This document shows, in pieces, positions 63,011-64,000 of a DNA stretch of 64,000 nucleotides (the stretch's first letter is position 1; every line of letters starts with the position of its first letter). The translations under genes were made by a program, and so were the position numbers. A model generated the notes under the pieces. It did not search any database. It saw nothing but the letters and a program-made list of their open reading frames with translations, and was not told where the DNA came from. This stretch comes from Octopus sinensis (Eukaryota): assembly GCF_006345805.1 (NCBI RefSeq), contig NC_043007.1, positions 76,322,001 to 76,386,000 on the forward strand, read 5' to 3'.

Positions 63011-63223
63011 GTCTTTTGTCCACAGGTAGCATAAAATGGCTCTAATAGAAAGTTTTTCATCTCACGTTATCTAAGTCGTAAAATAATTAATGTTTATATA
63101 TTATATATGAATATAACATTTCATAAATTATAATGGAACATTTCATGAATTTTCTGTTCAGGTTTCTCCTAGTTTAACACAAAAGTTTATTGCACAGCGA
63201 GCTTCTAAATTGTCTTAACATAC

Positions 63224-63308
63224 CGACTGCATACAGCAAACTGGTCAGTTGTAATAACCAGTACTAAGTATGGTATATTCAAAGTGTTGCCGCAGTTGCC
63301 TCTTCAAT
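63224..63308 (-). other. Candidate 85-nt exon ending ATG CAG TCG
   Basis: Acceptor cttattttattccAG and donor TCG|GTATGT. All three frames have stops before the late ATG (63232-63230), so it would be mostly 5' UTR. Confidence 0.42.
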
Positions 63309-63338
63309 CTGGAATAAAATAAGTTTGCACAGTGAGCA

Positions 63339-63376
63339 CAATGGTCAATAGTAATGACCATTACTATTGACCATTG
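63339..63376. repeat. Perfect 18-bp-arm palindrome with a 2-nt loop
   Basis: CAATGGTCAATAGTAATG-AC-CATTACTATTGACCATTG. Confidence 0.95.
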
Positions 63377-64000
63377 GGCAGTTGCTGTTATTTTCCCGAC
63401 CTCTTTGCACATGAAATAGTGTAATTAGTTATTTCTCGTTGTGTTTCAAATTGTTCCTTTTTATATAAAAATTGTTGAAGAATGCCTGAGGGAAGATTAT
63501 AAAATTTGAATAACTAAAGGACGAGATTTGATAGTGGAGAACATTTTTACTGTCTCTTTTCTATTTTCCTCAAGACTTTATTTCAATAAATACAATATAT
63601 TATGAACAAACTAGAGACCTGTTGATAGTAATTTTCTAAAGAGTCGTAACGTCTCCGATATTGCAGCGGAGCATAAGTGTAAAGTGTGATGTTCAATAAA
63701 TTTCTCCCATGGTTTGAAAGTTTCAGGTAGAAATTGAAACATCTGGTATTTCTGAAACAGTGCTGAATAAAGAAAACTGTAGAAATTTTCTCAGTTCTGA
63801 TTGATGATATTTAGACAATAACTGTTCAGCATCTAAAAACGATTATTAATTGCATCTTCTCGGAAGTGATAATATCAAAGAAATATCATAAGATAAAAAA
63901 AAACTTTTAAAAGTGTTTTTCAATTAAAGATAGGATTATCTCTATGATCAAATAAGAAATAAGATGACGGAAACTAAAAGCGTTTTACATACGGAGCTGT

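Overview
This is AT-rich, microsatellite-dense animal genomic DNA. The SINE families and the (TA)n/(TG)n/(TACA)n load resemble octopus/cephalopod genomes; that assignment is my inference. I could not assemble an intact host gene, only a few candidate minus-strand exons. The window is a graveyard of mobile elements: a nearly intact Helitron (RepHel with two in-frame TGA stops and a 3' hairpin-CTAG end), a 395-bp non-autonomous Helitron, an R4/Dong-like LINE fragment, a full-length decayed CR1-group LINE, an RTE remnant, a TIR-complete pogo (DD35D) transposon, Tc1/mariner remnants, many tRNA-derived SINEs, two copies of a Penelope-like element (PLE) and several other PLE fragments. Most of these sit in (TA)n tracts within an old, co-oriented, degenerate repeat module. 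The main signal the ORF track misses is RNA structure. I can fold 16 hammerhead-ribozyme (HHR) motifs from about 7 families: 5 canonical, 1 with a U3-A8 covariant core, 4 with a shared A6U core change, and 6 decayed or truncated. Eight of them lie within 2.5 kb (46.2-48.7 kb). The best candidate for a novel system is a non-coding, highly self-complementary 493-bp unit in tandem, each copy carrying a canonical long-helix-II HHR, consistent with a retrozyme-like, potentially circular RNA. All folds were done by eye; nothing was computed or searched.
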